Positions 49,501 to 61,060 of a stretch of DNA of 64,000 nucleotides are shown here, one piece after another. Origin of the DNA: Anthoceros angustus (taxonomy: Eukaryota; Plantae; Anthocerotophyta). The notes beneath the pieces are model-generated. The model was not told the DNA's origin. It did no database searches and worked only from the letters and a program-made list of their open reading frames with translations. Made by a program: the position numbers and the translations under genes. The stretch covers positions 3,249,478-3,313,477 of the forward strand of contig MU008158.1 in assembly GCA_010909165.1 (NCBI GenBank), given 5' to 3'. Position 1 is the first letter of the stretch, and every line of letters begins with the position of its first letter.

Positions 49501-51887
49501 CAGCCTTGTGTCAGTGCCTGATGTACTCGTAGGTTTCATAATACTGTATTCTGTGCAGGCAATGGACTTAAATCTGGATGAAGAAACATTGATGAAGCTG
49601 GCACCCTTTTATAGAAGCTCACTTGCTGACTCAAGTGCCCCCAGTCGTCAATTCTATTTTGATCGACTGGAGATACATCCAATTAAGGTTGTGAGATAGC
49701 TGTCATGACTTCGATACGGGCTTTCCTGTGAGACGTGGCTCTAAAATTTCTGGATCTACAGATTGTTGGAAGCTTCATTCCTGGCAACCCACAGGCTGAC
49801 TACACATCAGCACAAGAAACTCTTCGAGCACTCTTGCACTCCGTGATCAAGGTAAGGGAATGCATTCATCTTCAACTAAATGGATTGGGGACATGAGGAG
49901 GGTTTTGATCCATGCTTGCTTGACTTGCAGATACCATCAGTCCGAGGGAGGACTGTGGAATTAAATGGTGTCCTTCTGTCACACGCTCTGCTTACTTACA
50001 AACAGCTGGCTCTGAAGTGTGCGCAGCACTACTCCTGGTATGACTGAATGCTAAGTAAACTGATTTGCAACTTTTTGGTTATTCAATACTGGAGAAACTT
50101 AAGGGCATCTTATCACTGTATTGTCCCTTTTGCAGGTATGCCATGAGAGGAATATACATGGCCCGGGGAAGTGAGCTCTTACCACCAGCGTTTGCATCTC
50201 TGTTCGACGACACAGCTGCAGCATCTCTTGATGTGTTCTTCGACCCATCAAGCGGTTCTATTGACTTTCAAGGCCTGACTTTAGGTGTAGAGCTTACTCC
50301 TCGAGTTCTTTCTTTTGTTGATGTTTTGGGATGAGTTCACCATCTTGGCATTCATGAGGAACGCCATGGGATATGTCGCAAGGAGCTGACTGCGTTCCTG
50401 CTGGTGGGTAAATGTAGGCATGTTCAGCCTGCTCAGTAAAGGTATGTTACGGCAGGGGCAAGGAGGAACTCGACGGTACCTGGGTGATCTTGAGAAGACG
50501 GTGAGGATCTAATGCCGTCATCTTGAATTAAGGCTATCTTCCTTTTCACCCACTAAAGAGCTTTCAGAAGTTAAGTTGCTCGCGGAGCTTATCTGTTGGA
50601 ATGCATTGGTTGCAGATGAAGTCGGCCGGTTCCAATCTTCTATTTGCTGTGGTTACTGAGGTTTCAGATAATGTTTTGAAAGGTGCGGAGGCCAATGGTT
50701 TGGATGGCATGGTAAGACCCCCAGACGTCGCAAGTAGTTTTTTGTAGAATGCTGTACTAAGTATTTCGCCCCCTGCTCTGGATCAAGGAGTCGCAGTGTC
50801 TTTTATTATCTCTTGATACAGTTTGAGGAACATGTGTGTAGCAAGAAGTCTGAAGTGTGGTATCAATTGATCAGGTGACTGGTTTCCGGAGGGGAATTCT
50901 GAACGTTGCCATGGAGCCATCCCTTCTACGTAGTGCAGTTGTGAAAGGTGGCTCGACCAGGCAGATCAAACTGGACCGCAGTGTTGGGATGGATGAGGTA
51001 CTAAAATCATGCCAGCTTTCCTACTCAAGAGGACCGTTTTCCTTGTTTGTGTTTTGCTGTTTCATGGATTGGTGGACATGTGGTTGCAGGTTTATGTCGA
51101 AGGATACCTTCAGGGAATGCTTGATGTCAGATTCAAACAAGACTACTTAAGGGTGAAAGTCGTTGATGATCAGGTAACATCATGTTGTCCAGGGAGCCGG
51201 GATTGTGTGCCATGTGCGCAGTTCTTTTGCAAATGATCCAGTGGGAATCGCCATTCGTTTAGGTGACCTTGAAGAATCTTCCCCCCAATAGCTCTCTGAT
51301 AGAGGAGGTCATGGAGACTGTGAAAAGCTTTCTCATTGGAGAAGGTCTTCTCTCTGAGGGGTCGCACGTGGCCGGCTTTCGGTCGATGAGGCGCTTACAA
51401 GGAGGAAATGTGATGTCCTTTTCCAGCTTTGTGAATGCTGTTGCTGTGCAATACCAAATTGGCCCACGAGCTTTGCTTTTTCTCACAGAACATCGGAATG
51501 CAGGAGAGGCGGCTTGGTCCAGCAGTGTTTGCTCTTACAGAGCAACTTCTTGTCATTATAGCAGTCCGCATGCTGAGAAATCAGGCGAAAAAAGCAATCC
51601 ACAAGCTTGCAGGGGAGCCGAGAAACGATTCTAGTGAGGAAGGGGGTTCAACATCGGGTGTGCCCAAACGTCAGGAGGCTCGTGAAGCTTCTTCGTCGGA
51701 ATCTCCACATCAGGAGGATACTGACGATTCGATACAAGGGCAGGTTGGACGCAACATTCCAAAGGCCATGTCCAAGTTTGTGCTGTCGAGTGCTGTAGCA
51801 TACGTAGATGGTAGGGTGTGCAGGCACATCCCCAATGCTTTCCTTCGGAGAATTGTCAGCGGTTTTCTGCTTAGTTTCATTGAGTAG
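37585..51887 (+). CDS. VPS13X: VPS13-family bridge-like lipid transfer protein, plant VPS13X type (At3g50380-like), many exons
   Basis: N-terminus MGIRDSVRERVDKLASSLL...LQLQFSPWHAP..VRGLHLVLRPR; VPRYVIVNES and WDWSGPV..ASLGTF.LK (VAB repeats); PYRVEN; YEVYAEGTTRVLRIS; C-terminus RHIPNAFLRRIVSGFLLSFIE*. Internal exon boundaries not all resolved. Confidence 0.85.
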
Positions 51888-51961
51888 ATATTGTGTATTT
51901 TTCAACTTTTCAAATAAAGGCTGGTGAACGAGGGACTGTTTCGATGAGGCTACCGTGAGCC

Positions 51962-52706
51962 ATGGCCTCCACAGCGTGGCAGCTTCCGAGATCAAATGTG
52001 TGGTCGAACCAGCCATTGCGCTTATCCAAGCTGCATGCCTCGCCTCCCCTGCAGCTGCGGTGGAAGTCGCTGGCTCGGGGTTTGATCATAATGGCAGCGC
52101 AGAATGTGGAGAAGGAGCAAGCGGAACGGGCCACTGGAGTTCTCTTCGTATGCCTTGGAAATATCTGCCGAAGTCCTGCTGCCGAAGCCATCTTCCGACG
52201 GTGTGTGGAGAAGAGAGGCCTGGAATCCAGCTTCGCCATTGATTCTGCGGGAACGATAGGCTATCACGAGGGCAATCCGGCAGATTCCAGGATGAGGGAG
52301 GCTGCCAGGAGGCGAGCAGTGAACATCACGTCCATCTCCAGGCGCATTCGCCCAAGCGACTTCGAGCAGTTTGATCACATACTGGCCATGGACAAGAGCA
52401 ACAGAGCCGACATCCTTAAGGCGTATCAGGCCTGGAATAAGCAGGGAGCATTGCCACCCATATCCGATGACAAGGTCAGGCTTATGTGTGACTACTGTAA
52501 CAAGCACACGCTAGACGAAGTTCCAGATCCCTATTATGGCGGCCCTGCAGGGTTCGAGAAGGTGAGCAACTGCAGCTGCAGCATAAGTTGTATTTGTCAT
52601 GGTCGCCGACTTTCTGACCTTCCAACTGCCACTGGTACTGTGTCAGGTATTAGACTTGCTTGAGGATGCTTGCGAAGGCTTCCTGGACTCCGTGGTGGGG
52701 CATTGA
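51962..52706 (+). CDS. Low molecular weight protein-tyrosine phosphatase, predicted plastid-targeted
   Basis: Exons 51962-52561 and 52647-52706; catalytic VLFVCLGNICRS (CX5R), IDSAGT, VPDPYYGG, VLDLLEDAC; transit-peptide-like N-terminus. Confidence 0.93.
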
Positions 52707-53019
52707 GAGAATTGTTAGTTATTCTTGTCTAAAACGTTGCAAGCGAGCTAAACATTTTAGACATTTTCGTTCATGTCTTAATTGCCAACCATTCACGAGG
52801 AGCATAATGCCTTCACAAGTTTTTCAAGTTTTAATAGGTAGAGTACTCTTGAATCGCCATGGTGCACCACCGGGTGTGCACGCTACTGAGTTCGGCAATG
52901 TGGGATGATCTGCCATATCAAGTGCGGAAAGGCATATTGTACACCAGACACTGCCCGTAGCCGTAGCCGATACCGGTGACGCCTGGCTACCTATATATGT
53001 ATTCGCAGTGAGAGAGAGA

Positions 53020-53174
53020 GACGATATGGATTATGGCATGGATATGAGATTGGGCGAGGTGGGGCTCTCCCGACGATATGGATTATGGCATGGATATGAG
53101 TTTGGTCGAGGTGGGGCTCTCCCGACGATATGGATTATGGCAAGGATATGAGATTGGGCGAGGTGGGGCTCTCC
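53020..53174. repeat. 52-bp minisatellite, 3 copies
   Basis: gacgatatggattatggcatggatatgagattgggcgaggtggggctctccc at 53020, 53072 and 53124, with few mismatches. Confidence 0.95.
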
Positions 53175-54160
53175 AGCCTCGCCTTCTGAGCGACTTATTT
53201 GAGCTCAAACGATGGACGACATATTATTGTGTGAGAAATCGACTTATCTGAGTCTTTCACCCGAAAAAAATTGAGTGACAGACGAGCGGTGGATGCTTGA
53301 ACTGAAGAACAGACCCAGGACGTGGTCAAAGTAGCACACTTTTATTACCCAGTGCTAAAGCCCCCAGCTTGGCTTGGGGTTTTGGCTTGTGTGTATGTAA
53401 AGAATTTCTCATGTCTTAATTAGATTAACTGTCAAGCAACTTTTTCATTTGAGGGAACAAGCTTTCACCTTACAATTGGTAGTCTAGGTCTGTCGGCCAT
53501 TTTTTTTGTCCATCCACATCGGCTGTATGCTGAGTTTGGCAATGTGGGACCCGAATAATTTGTCATATCAAGTGTGGAAAGGCTTCAATCACTATATACT
53601 TCCATCTTGGCCACCATGCAGTACCACATATGAAACAAAGATATCACATGCACATGAACACTGCCTCGCAACCTCAGCCTCCGTGAGGCCACTACGTTCC
53701 CTCAATTTCTTTTTGTAGCGAATTGGGAATGGGCAAGCGTTCGTGTTCATGGACTCTATTTGTGGTGGATCAGGAATGACAAACCATCCATCGATTCGCA
53801 CTCAATACTAGCATCTACATAATATGTGTATCACACTCTTAAGACATCCAACTACCTATATACAAATAGGACGCATTTTTCTTGATATTAATGCCCAAAA
53901 GCTACTCATACTAGGATTATCATTTTTTATAGTTATTTTTAAATATGAGCACATATTTCTGTATATTTTTGGAATGAGTCACTATCCTTTTAGTCCCTTG
54001 TTTAATACAAGTTTGCGAGATTGCTACTCGGTGCAATAGTAACAACAATTTTATTTATGTATACTAGAATGAAAGAAAACCACAATAGGATTGAAATTGT
54101 ACAAGCCTAAAGCGGTAGACACACTCAACATTCATCTAGCTTTGATTTCTCCTTTATGGT

Positions 54161-54292
54161 TGGCTTTATGAGTTTGGTGACTATTTATATTTATCCTCGT
54201 GGAAAGGCTGAGAGCTCAAGTTGAGATGGCTCTATGAGTTTGGTGACTATTTACATTTATCCTCGTGAAAAGGGTGAGAGCTCAAATTGAGA
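54161..54292. repeat. 66-bp tandem duplication
   Basis: tggct(t/c)tatgagtttggtgactattta(t/c)atttatcctcgtg...gagagctcaa(g/a)ttgaga at 54161 and 54227. Confidence 0.9.
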
Positions 54293-55737
54293 CTTTGTGG
54301 ATACTTTTCCCAAGTTTACACAACATGGCTCATTGAAAAAATTTGAATAAACTCAATATCTCAATAAACTCTACATGCTCGTATTTTTATGTATCCAAGA
54401 TCAAGATGCAAGGTGGTAAAAAACTCATTCGAATGAATTCTACATGCCGATATTTTTATATATCCAAGATCATGGTGCAATGTGGTAAGAAACAACTCCA
54501 AGTTCTTAAAAATCTTTTACACTTTTCATAAAAGAGGTCACTTGCTTGTAGCACATTTGTGCGACGAGAGAAAAACGAAGTTCAACAGAGAACATTGCTT
54601 AGAGCACATTTGTCCAATGGTGTCATAGGAAAGACTTTGCAAAAAGCCCTTGCAAAAAAGACCACACAACTACTTTTTGGGAGCTTGATCATTGAAAAAC
54701 AAGTACAAATGTATTCATAGAGAAATAGGGTGATCATTTTGGGCTTCATTTTGAACAACTAACAACACACCTTGTGCCATGGTTTCTTAAGAAACTTGTC
54801 CCAATAAGTTGTCTTAAGAAGGAATGAACTCGAGAGGGCTTGAGCTCATCGTCATTAAAACGTTTAAAATGTTTAAAACATTCGAAATGTGGATGTTGCT
54901 CGATAATTTTTAAGATAACATATTTCTTTAGGGTTTCTCTCATCATATAATCAATGATCTATTTATACGGATTTGCACTTGGCAATAACTCAGGCTAAGG
55001 GGATATTAACCTTGAAACTAAAAAAGTACTCAAATAAAGTATTTGAGAGGCGACTTACTCCATATTTTGGTATAAGACCAAATCTAGTGAAGGGTGAAGT
55101 TGGCTTCATAGTGTTCATAGTACATTTGTATTTTTATTTTTTTCAATAAAAAATTATATCTATTTAAAATGTGCAAGAAAATTTCAAGAATCTTAGAAAC
55201 TTATATTAAGCTTCTACATATTTGTTCACAAATGTTTGATCGCAACAGGTCAACTTTAAACAAGAACTCAAGCTAAGTTGAAGATGTAGCCTCTTAGTCC
55301 TCGTGGTTGCTATGTCTTCTTCTAGCATATGTAATTGGTTCACGTGGCTTATCTTCTTTATCTAGCTTGACTACATGCTGGTCGGTTACTTATTAAAGCA
55401 TGAAGATTTGTATACGATTGCAACGTGTTTGTAGTTGGCTAATCTTCTTACCGTGTTGCTGTATGATCTTGATGTGAGTGCCCTTTCGATCCCATTGTGC
55501 ACTTGATAAGCATGTGCACCACAAAAAGGTGCACATTTACAACCTAAAAGCTTAATTTTAAAAGAGAATAATAAGCAAAGAGACTAAAGTGTGCTAAGTT
55601 TTCATGCCAATAGCACACACGCGTAAAAATCGTCTTAGGGCTTAAGGAAGAAAGTCTGCTTTAAGCAGTTACTTTGGAAATGTTGTAAGCCTCCATATAA
55701 AAGGAGATGAGGCTAGCCCTGGAGAAGCATCTTGTAA

Positions 55738-55913
55738 TCCTAGCATGGGGAGCTACACTCTCAAGGATAGGACTGTGGTGCCTAGAGGCCTTGGGAGCCT
55801 AGAGTGTGAGCATGTCTAGAAGGATCCTAGCACTCGGGAGCTACACTCTTGTGAGGATAGAACTGTGGTGCCTAGAGGCCTTGGGAGCCTAGAGTGTGAG
55901 CGTGTGCTAGAGG
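55738..55913. repeat. ~87-bp tandem duplication within an LTR-like or TE-derived tract
   Basis: tcctagca..ggagctacactct..ggatag.actgtggtgcctagaggccttgggagcctagagtgtgagc at 55738 and 55825; TATA-like ccatataaaag at ~55693. Confidence 0.85.
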
Positions 55914-56037
55914 AGAGCTGTTGAGGACGAGATCGAGGGGAGAGAGGTAAGCTCCTAGCTTAGGTAAAGATGGGGAGCTCTCTCTGATCTCTCATGTATT
56001 CTTGTTGACTCTTGCTGGAATAAATAGCAGCGGCAGA

Positions 56038-56093
56038 CCGTCCCGTGGAAGCACGGGGGGCTACTTGGAGGCTTCCACGGGACGGAGGCCTAG
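56038..56093 (+). mobile_element. GC-rich hairpin followed by CTAG|T: candidate Helitron 3' terminus
   Basis: Perfect 15-bp arms ccgtcccgtggaagc (56038-56052) and gcttccacgggacgg (56070-56084), then aggcCTAG-T. An inner hairpin cccgtg-gaag-cacggg is also present. The 5' TC end was not identified. Confidence 0.4.
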
Positions 56094-57210
56094 TGCTGGT
56101 GTTTGGTGATGTTTTTGTGCTAACTGCGTGACTGCCCCACCTCCCTGAAAAGAGGGTGTTACTAAAACAGTCTTTATCGATAAAAAACAAATTAGTTAAT
56201 AAAAATCCGTTAAAAAAATCTACATATAGTCTCCCTCCGTTGCCCATAAAAATACGGAATCTTTGTAAGTATGCTAACAACTTGTTACTGTGAAAAGACG
56301 GTCTTGTGAAAAGACGGTCTTGAGATACTGGCCTGACGCACTTCCTACAGGCCTCTAACAGATAAAAGGGACAAGACTCCCCTCCTGTTAATGCCGAGGG
56401 TTCAGATCTTTCAAGCAATGACTCACGACATTGATACAACTCGGCAACTGACTGGATAAAACGACAGACCGCTGATGGTGCGCTTATCCTTGATGCAGGA
56501 CGAGGAAAAATGGGGATCCCCCATATGCTCGGCCTGTAGACACATACCTTGATCACGGTCAGCACAATTTTTCAGCATAAACACACACTAGACATCACGG
56601 ATGATGGCATCTCTCATTCACACATATCGATACGACACAGGAGTCTACCCTCTTGGCCGTCACCCAGGCTGGCGAAGGCATACCTCCGCCACACAGTTGC
56701 TCGTGTTGATAAGTTTCCCCGCTTACCACGCTCTCTTGCCTAAGTTTCCGTTGCTGATTACAGACCTCTTCCCTTCTTCACATTACCATCTGAGGTAAAG
56801 TAGACCGGACTTAACAGCATCCATCAGTTAAACTACCTACCCTTTTCCGCAAAATTGCAAAGTCTAATGAGCTCATGGAAACTTACGTGACCGGAGCCAA
56901 CCTTTTGACTGGAAAAGGTCTGCCTTTCACACCCGGGTCGATGTTGATTCAAAACTACGAGGATGATACACCTACTATATCAGATTTAATTTAACTAGGG
57001 AGAAAAGTATGTCGAGAGCAGAGCAAATCTGAACTCTTGAGCCCCTCAGGCAATGGAATATTCAGTAGGAGGGCAGTGCACGACCAGGACAGCCAGTTAC
57101 CGTCCGTAATTGACTCCAGCTCCGGCCAGCAAGTGGCCGCCTACAAGCAGCCCTCCCCTTTGAATGGATGAATAGAAAAATAAGGGCCAGTAAGATACCC
57201 CTACCCTACG

Positions 57211-58380
57211 TCATGTGGAGGCCGGTGTGACTGCTTTGGCCTTGGACTGCTGTTGGAGAAGGGAGTTGAAAATGGCGAATGACACCCAAGCATCCATGCA
57301 CGCATATCGCAACTGGGCTGGGTCCAGCACTCGCTTCGCCCAGTTACTCATCGTCACCTTCTTCGGTTTGGCCATGTCAAAATTGATCACCCTTCTGGCC
57401 AGCTTCTTCAGGCCGATGTTTTTCACGGCCGCCAGGCTTGTCAGCTCCACCTCGCCCTGGCACCGCAATCCGTAGTCTCGCAGCAGCTTCGATGTGTCTC
57501 CGGTGATGCCCACCCCGCCCAGTTTCTTCTCCGGATCCTCCAAAAACGCCACCAGCGCTTGGGGCATGGAGTCCAGGAACAACATCTGCACTATCAAGCA
57601 CTCGCCTGCCGCCGATATCTGCAGCACCGCCAGCTTGTTGTCGGGCGCACCTTTCTGGTAATTAGGCTTCCACTCTGCGTCCAGCCCGAAATGGCTTCCG
57701 CTCTGCTTCCGCACCCACTCATCCACCACGGCTGCCTCCCTTGTCAGAGTCACCGCCACGTTGTTCTTGTACACCCGAACGTGCGTCTGGACCGTGCTAC
57801 AACCAGGCGCCGGCCAGTACATGGCATTCCTGAATGTCCTCGGGTCTGCCTTGGTCCGGCTGGGCCACGCCCCGCTATCTGACCACCCCTGCCCAGGTTG
57901 CAGGGCTCCTCCGCCCTCGATGGCCTCCTCCACCACCTCATCACCGTCCGAATCCGAATCCGAGGACCCATCGGCCGCCGCCGGATGCTGCGACACCAGC
58001 TCTCGCTGCACGTACCGCAACACCCTCTCCCTCACAGCCTCCGCTTCCGCCCATTCCTCCTCCTCCGCGGGGTCCTGCGCCTCCCCATTCGCGTGCCGCA
58101 TACTATCGGGCTCTGCCTGCTCAACCGCCTGCGACACCCCACCATCGGCGGCCCTCAACCTCTTGCGGCAACCGCTGCCCTCCAGCTCCGGCTTCCCTTT
58201 CGCCAGCCCTACTCCAGCCCGTGCGTCTCTGGACGCCTTCCCCCTTCGCCTCTTCTTGCCACAACGATCTTCCGTCGGCAGAGCAGCCCTGACAAAGCCG
58301 CTGCCTTGTCTGAGGCAACTTGGAGCTGCATCACTGCTGCCCCTCCACTCCCCAGCCATGCTGTACTCACGACCGGGCAT
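57211..58380 (-). CDS. DEDDy 3'-5' exonuclease (WRN-exo / WEX-like), intronless, with low-complexity N-terminal extension
   Basis: FGLDAEWKP (ExoI), LAVLQIS, FLEDP...GVGITGDTSKL (ExoII), VTMSNWAKRVL..AQLRYACMDAWVS (ExoIII); first ATG at 58380. Confidence 0.9.
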   Translation of the reverse strand: MPGREYSMAGEWRGSSDAAPSCLRQGSGFVRAALPTEDRCGKKRRRGKASRDARAGVGLAKGKPELEGSGCRKRLRAADGGVSQAVEQAEPDSMRHANGEAQDPAEEEEWAEAEAVRERVLRYVQRELVSQHPAAADGSSDSDSDGDEVVEEAIEGGGALQPGQGWSDSGAWPSRTKADPRTFRNAMYWPAPGCSTVQTHVRVYKNNVAVTLTREAAVVDEWVRKQSGSHFGLDAEWKPNYQKGAPDNKLAVLQISAAGECLIVQMLFLDSMPQALVAFLEDPEKKLGGVGITGDTSKLLRDYGLRCQGEVELTSLAAVKNIGLKKLARRVINFDMAKPKKVTMSNWAKRVLDPAQLRYACMDAWVSFAIFNSLLQQQSKAKAVTPAST

Positions 58381-58650
58381 GCTCCTCCAACCTCCAAACC
58401 CTCCACGATCCCTTACACTGTATAAGACCAATCATACAAAAGAAAGAAGCATCCGAGGTCCAGGGACCAAATTGCCTGCCTCACGCTCTGCACGTAGACT
58501 TGCGTCCCCGCAAATCGAAATGCCAAAGATTGAAGGATGAATCCCTAACTAAGCAAACATCGAACCCGTCTTGAATGCAACTGTCTGGCAGCAACCTTTG
58601 GCCCGCCCCCGACGCCCGCAGCTGCCCCCTCATCTCGCTCACAAACGCTC

Positions 58651-58658
58651 TAGGGTTT
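58651..58658. promoter_or_regulatory. Telo-box (TAGGGTTT) in the divergent exonuclease/TAM41 intergenic region
   Basis: Exact tagggttt between two head-to-head genes; short motif, could be chance. Confidence 0.3.
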
Positions 58659-58967
58659 GCGACCTTGGAGAGGAGCCTGCGGGCTTGGAGGCGCTGGGCG
58701 CTGCCGACACAAGTTGTCACGACGTGAAGACTTGCCAGCATATATAGACCAGGTACGTGATAATCGAGGCGTGGACATCATCTGTAACTCGGTATCATTC
58801 CTGCTAAATACATATGTACTAATTAGGGCATTTTCCCGCCACCGTGGCCCTCGCTACTACAGGCCGCTGCGGCTGCCAACTGTTCAACCAGGCCGTGTGC
58901 AAAACGTCCGGGCCTGTGAGCTGACGGCTGATGAGAAAGGGGTTCCAATTTGGAGGAGCTTCAAGCC

Positions 58968-60948
58968 ATGGCGATGCAGGCCCGGGACATGGATCTTCAG
59001 CATGACCTGCCCGCGCCACCACGCAAGCCACAGCTCCCGAGCCTGGCGTATCTGGCGGAGCCTTTGGAATGTCTTCCTCCCGTGGATTTTGCGTGCGCCT
59101 ACGGGTCGGGTGTCTTCGCGCAGCAGGGCAAGGCCTCCACGGATGTCAGTCACAACTTTCTTTCGGCCTTGCGTCGCCCTTGTGTAGAAGTAGGCGACCG
59201 CGTTTTCATGAAATTGGAGCTCTGTGCAACTTGCAGGTGCCCATGGTTGACTACATCCTAGCAGTGTCGTCTCCAATGGACTGGCATTTCCAGGTAGAAA
59301 ATATGCTGGACAATGGTTCTGGCTCAACTCTTGTGCTGGAGTGGTGCTGACGGGATTTCGGCTTGCCTGCTTCTTAGAATTTGGAGCACAATCCAAATCA
59401 CTATTCCTCGATTATACGACGAGGAGGAGCGAAATGGGTCCGTATTTTCTACTCTCACGCGAGTGCCGTCATACAGGCAACGTGATTTCGGACTATGGTG
59501 CGTTGGCATGAATTTCTCCTTTGCAGGTCTGCTGGGTTGCAGATAATGTTGGCGTAGGGGTTCACTTCAACCCTTACGTGCCATGGAGGAACAAGGTATG
59601 TGTTACTGTTTCATAGGGGTGCGGTGTCGTTTGCTGATTACGTTAGGTTGGTCGTTGAACCTGGCGTTTCTACCTCGCAGATGATCAAGTATGGTGTGAT
59701 CAGCACAGAGAATCTTGTGAGGGATATTCTGACCTGGGAGAAGCTCTATATCAGTGGACGCCTTCACAAGCCTGTCGGTTGCACTCTGGTCTCAACATCT
59801 TTTTATTCGACTTGAATTGTCAGGAGTCTAACGCACTAAGGCAGCACATTGGCGTCTTTCAGGTCTCTATCATTGTCGATAATCTTGAGTTGGGAGGCGT
59901 GAACAAAGTGAATCTGCAAGCCGCTTTGTCTGCTGCTCTTTTGTTACTTCCATCAGAGTTCTCAGAGGTCAGATGTGCACCTAACATTGCTATTCACATT
60001 GCCTTGTCCTTGAACCTCTGTTCACGTTGTTTGTGATTGTACCTGTCCCTTTAATTCACGTACCTCACTTACGAATGGAACTTGTGTTTTTTAGTTTGTG
60101 CTATGTGAGGTATTTTGCAGGAAGATTTGTTGACTACAATCTGTAGCATCTCGTACATGGGTGACATACGTATGTTTTTTGCTGAAGATAAGCACAAGGT
60201 AATTCACAGCTCTACTGCAAATCCATACAGAGTGTCTGCTGTTAAGTGACAGGTCCGCCATAACTTGTGCCATGACCCCTGTGTTGTATTGTGAAGGTGC
60301 GGAACATTGTGAGAGGCAGTGCTAAACAGTTGCATGATCTTTACAAGAAATCGATGTACAACTCTTCTGCAGCTGGGCTCTTGTCACTACCCCCGACCTT
60401 CAGGACAGACCTGCAGTCCAAGTTGCTTCAGGTTGGCAAGGTTTTTTCTTTCTGGTCTCACTGCGGGCGCTGCGCTTGAGGACTACGATCTGATTCAGGC
60501 ACACGATGCAGGATGGTGGCAGAGATTCGAGGTGCTCCTTAATAAGTGCTCTGCCCTCCTCTGTGTTGGACAAACTGGCCCTCGCAGTTGGATTGACAAA
60601 TGCAGACACGGAACCTGGTGATTTCTCAATCCTCGTTCGTTGCCAACTCGAAACATGGAGGATAGAGGCACCGTGTTTGACTGGAATTCTGAGGCACCTG
60701 TTTACGGTACAGCTCTCTGTTGTGTGTTTATTAGTCACTGATGAAGCACCCCTTTGACAGGTTTAAAGAGAGCGGAAGCCGTGCTGCAACAGGGAGGTTA
60801 TGAACAGTTGTTAAAGCGAGCTCTGCGGAAGACAGTGCGAGCTTCTAGTTTTAGACAGATGGTGTCAGGTTTTTTTGCTGCTGGCGGTTCAAATGCTCTG
60901 AAATATGTGGCCAGAAAAGCATCCAAGGCTTGGCTGTCAAGGAGTTGA
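58968..60948 (+). CDS. TAM41: Mitochondrial phosphatidate cytidylyltransferase TAM41
   Basis: LPPVDFACAYGSG, MVDYILAV, VGVGVHFNPYV, IKYGVIS, YISGRLHKPV, ALSAALLLLPSEFSE, ICSISYMGDIRMFFAEDKHKV; stop at 60946-60948. The exact start is uncertain. Confidence 0.93.
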
Positions 60949-61060
60949 CATCCTTCGATGGAAAGAGTTAATATACACGGTACACTATCTTGTTCCAACT
61001 TACTGAGCATGGGAGGGTAGCAAATCAGAAGGTCCAACCAGGATCTTCGTTGCCCGCATA

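Noticed and set aside
55230-56021. Solo LTR
   Set aside because: TATA-like and AATAAA motifs are present but I could not define TG...CA ends with a matching TSD.
56231-56245. Stowaway-like TIR word ctccctccgt
   Set aside because: No correctly oriented partner TIR or TA duplication found.
57761-58540. Several long plus-strand ORFs opposite the exonuclease
   Set aside because: GC-rich shadow frames with low-complexity translations.
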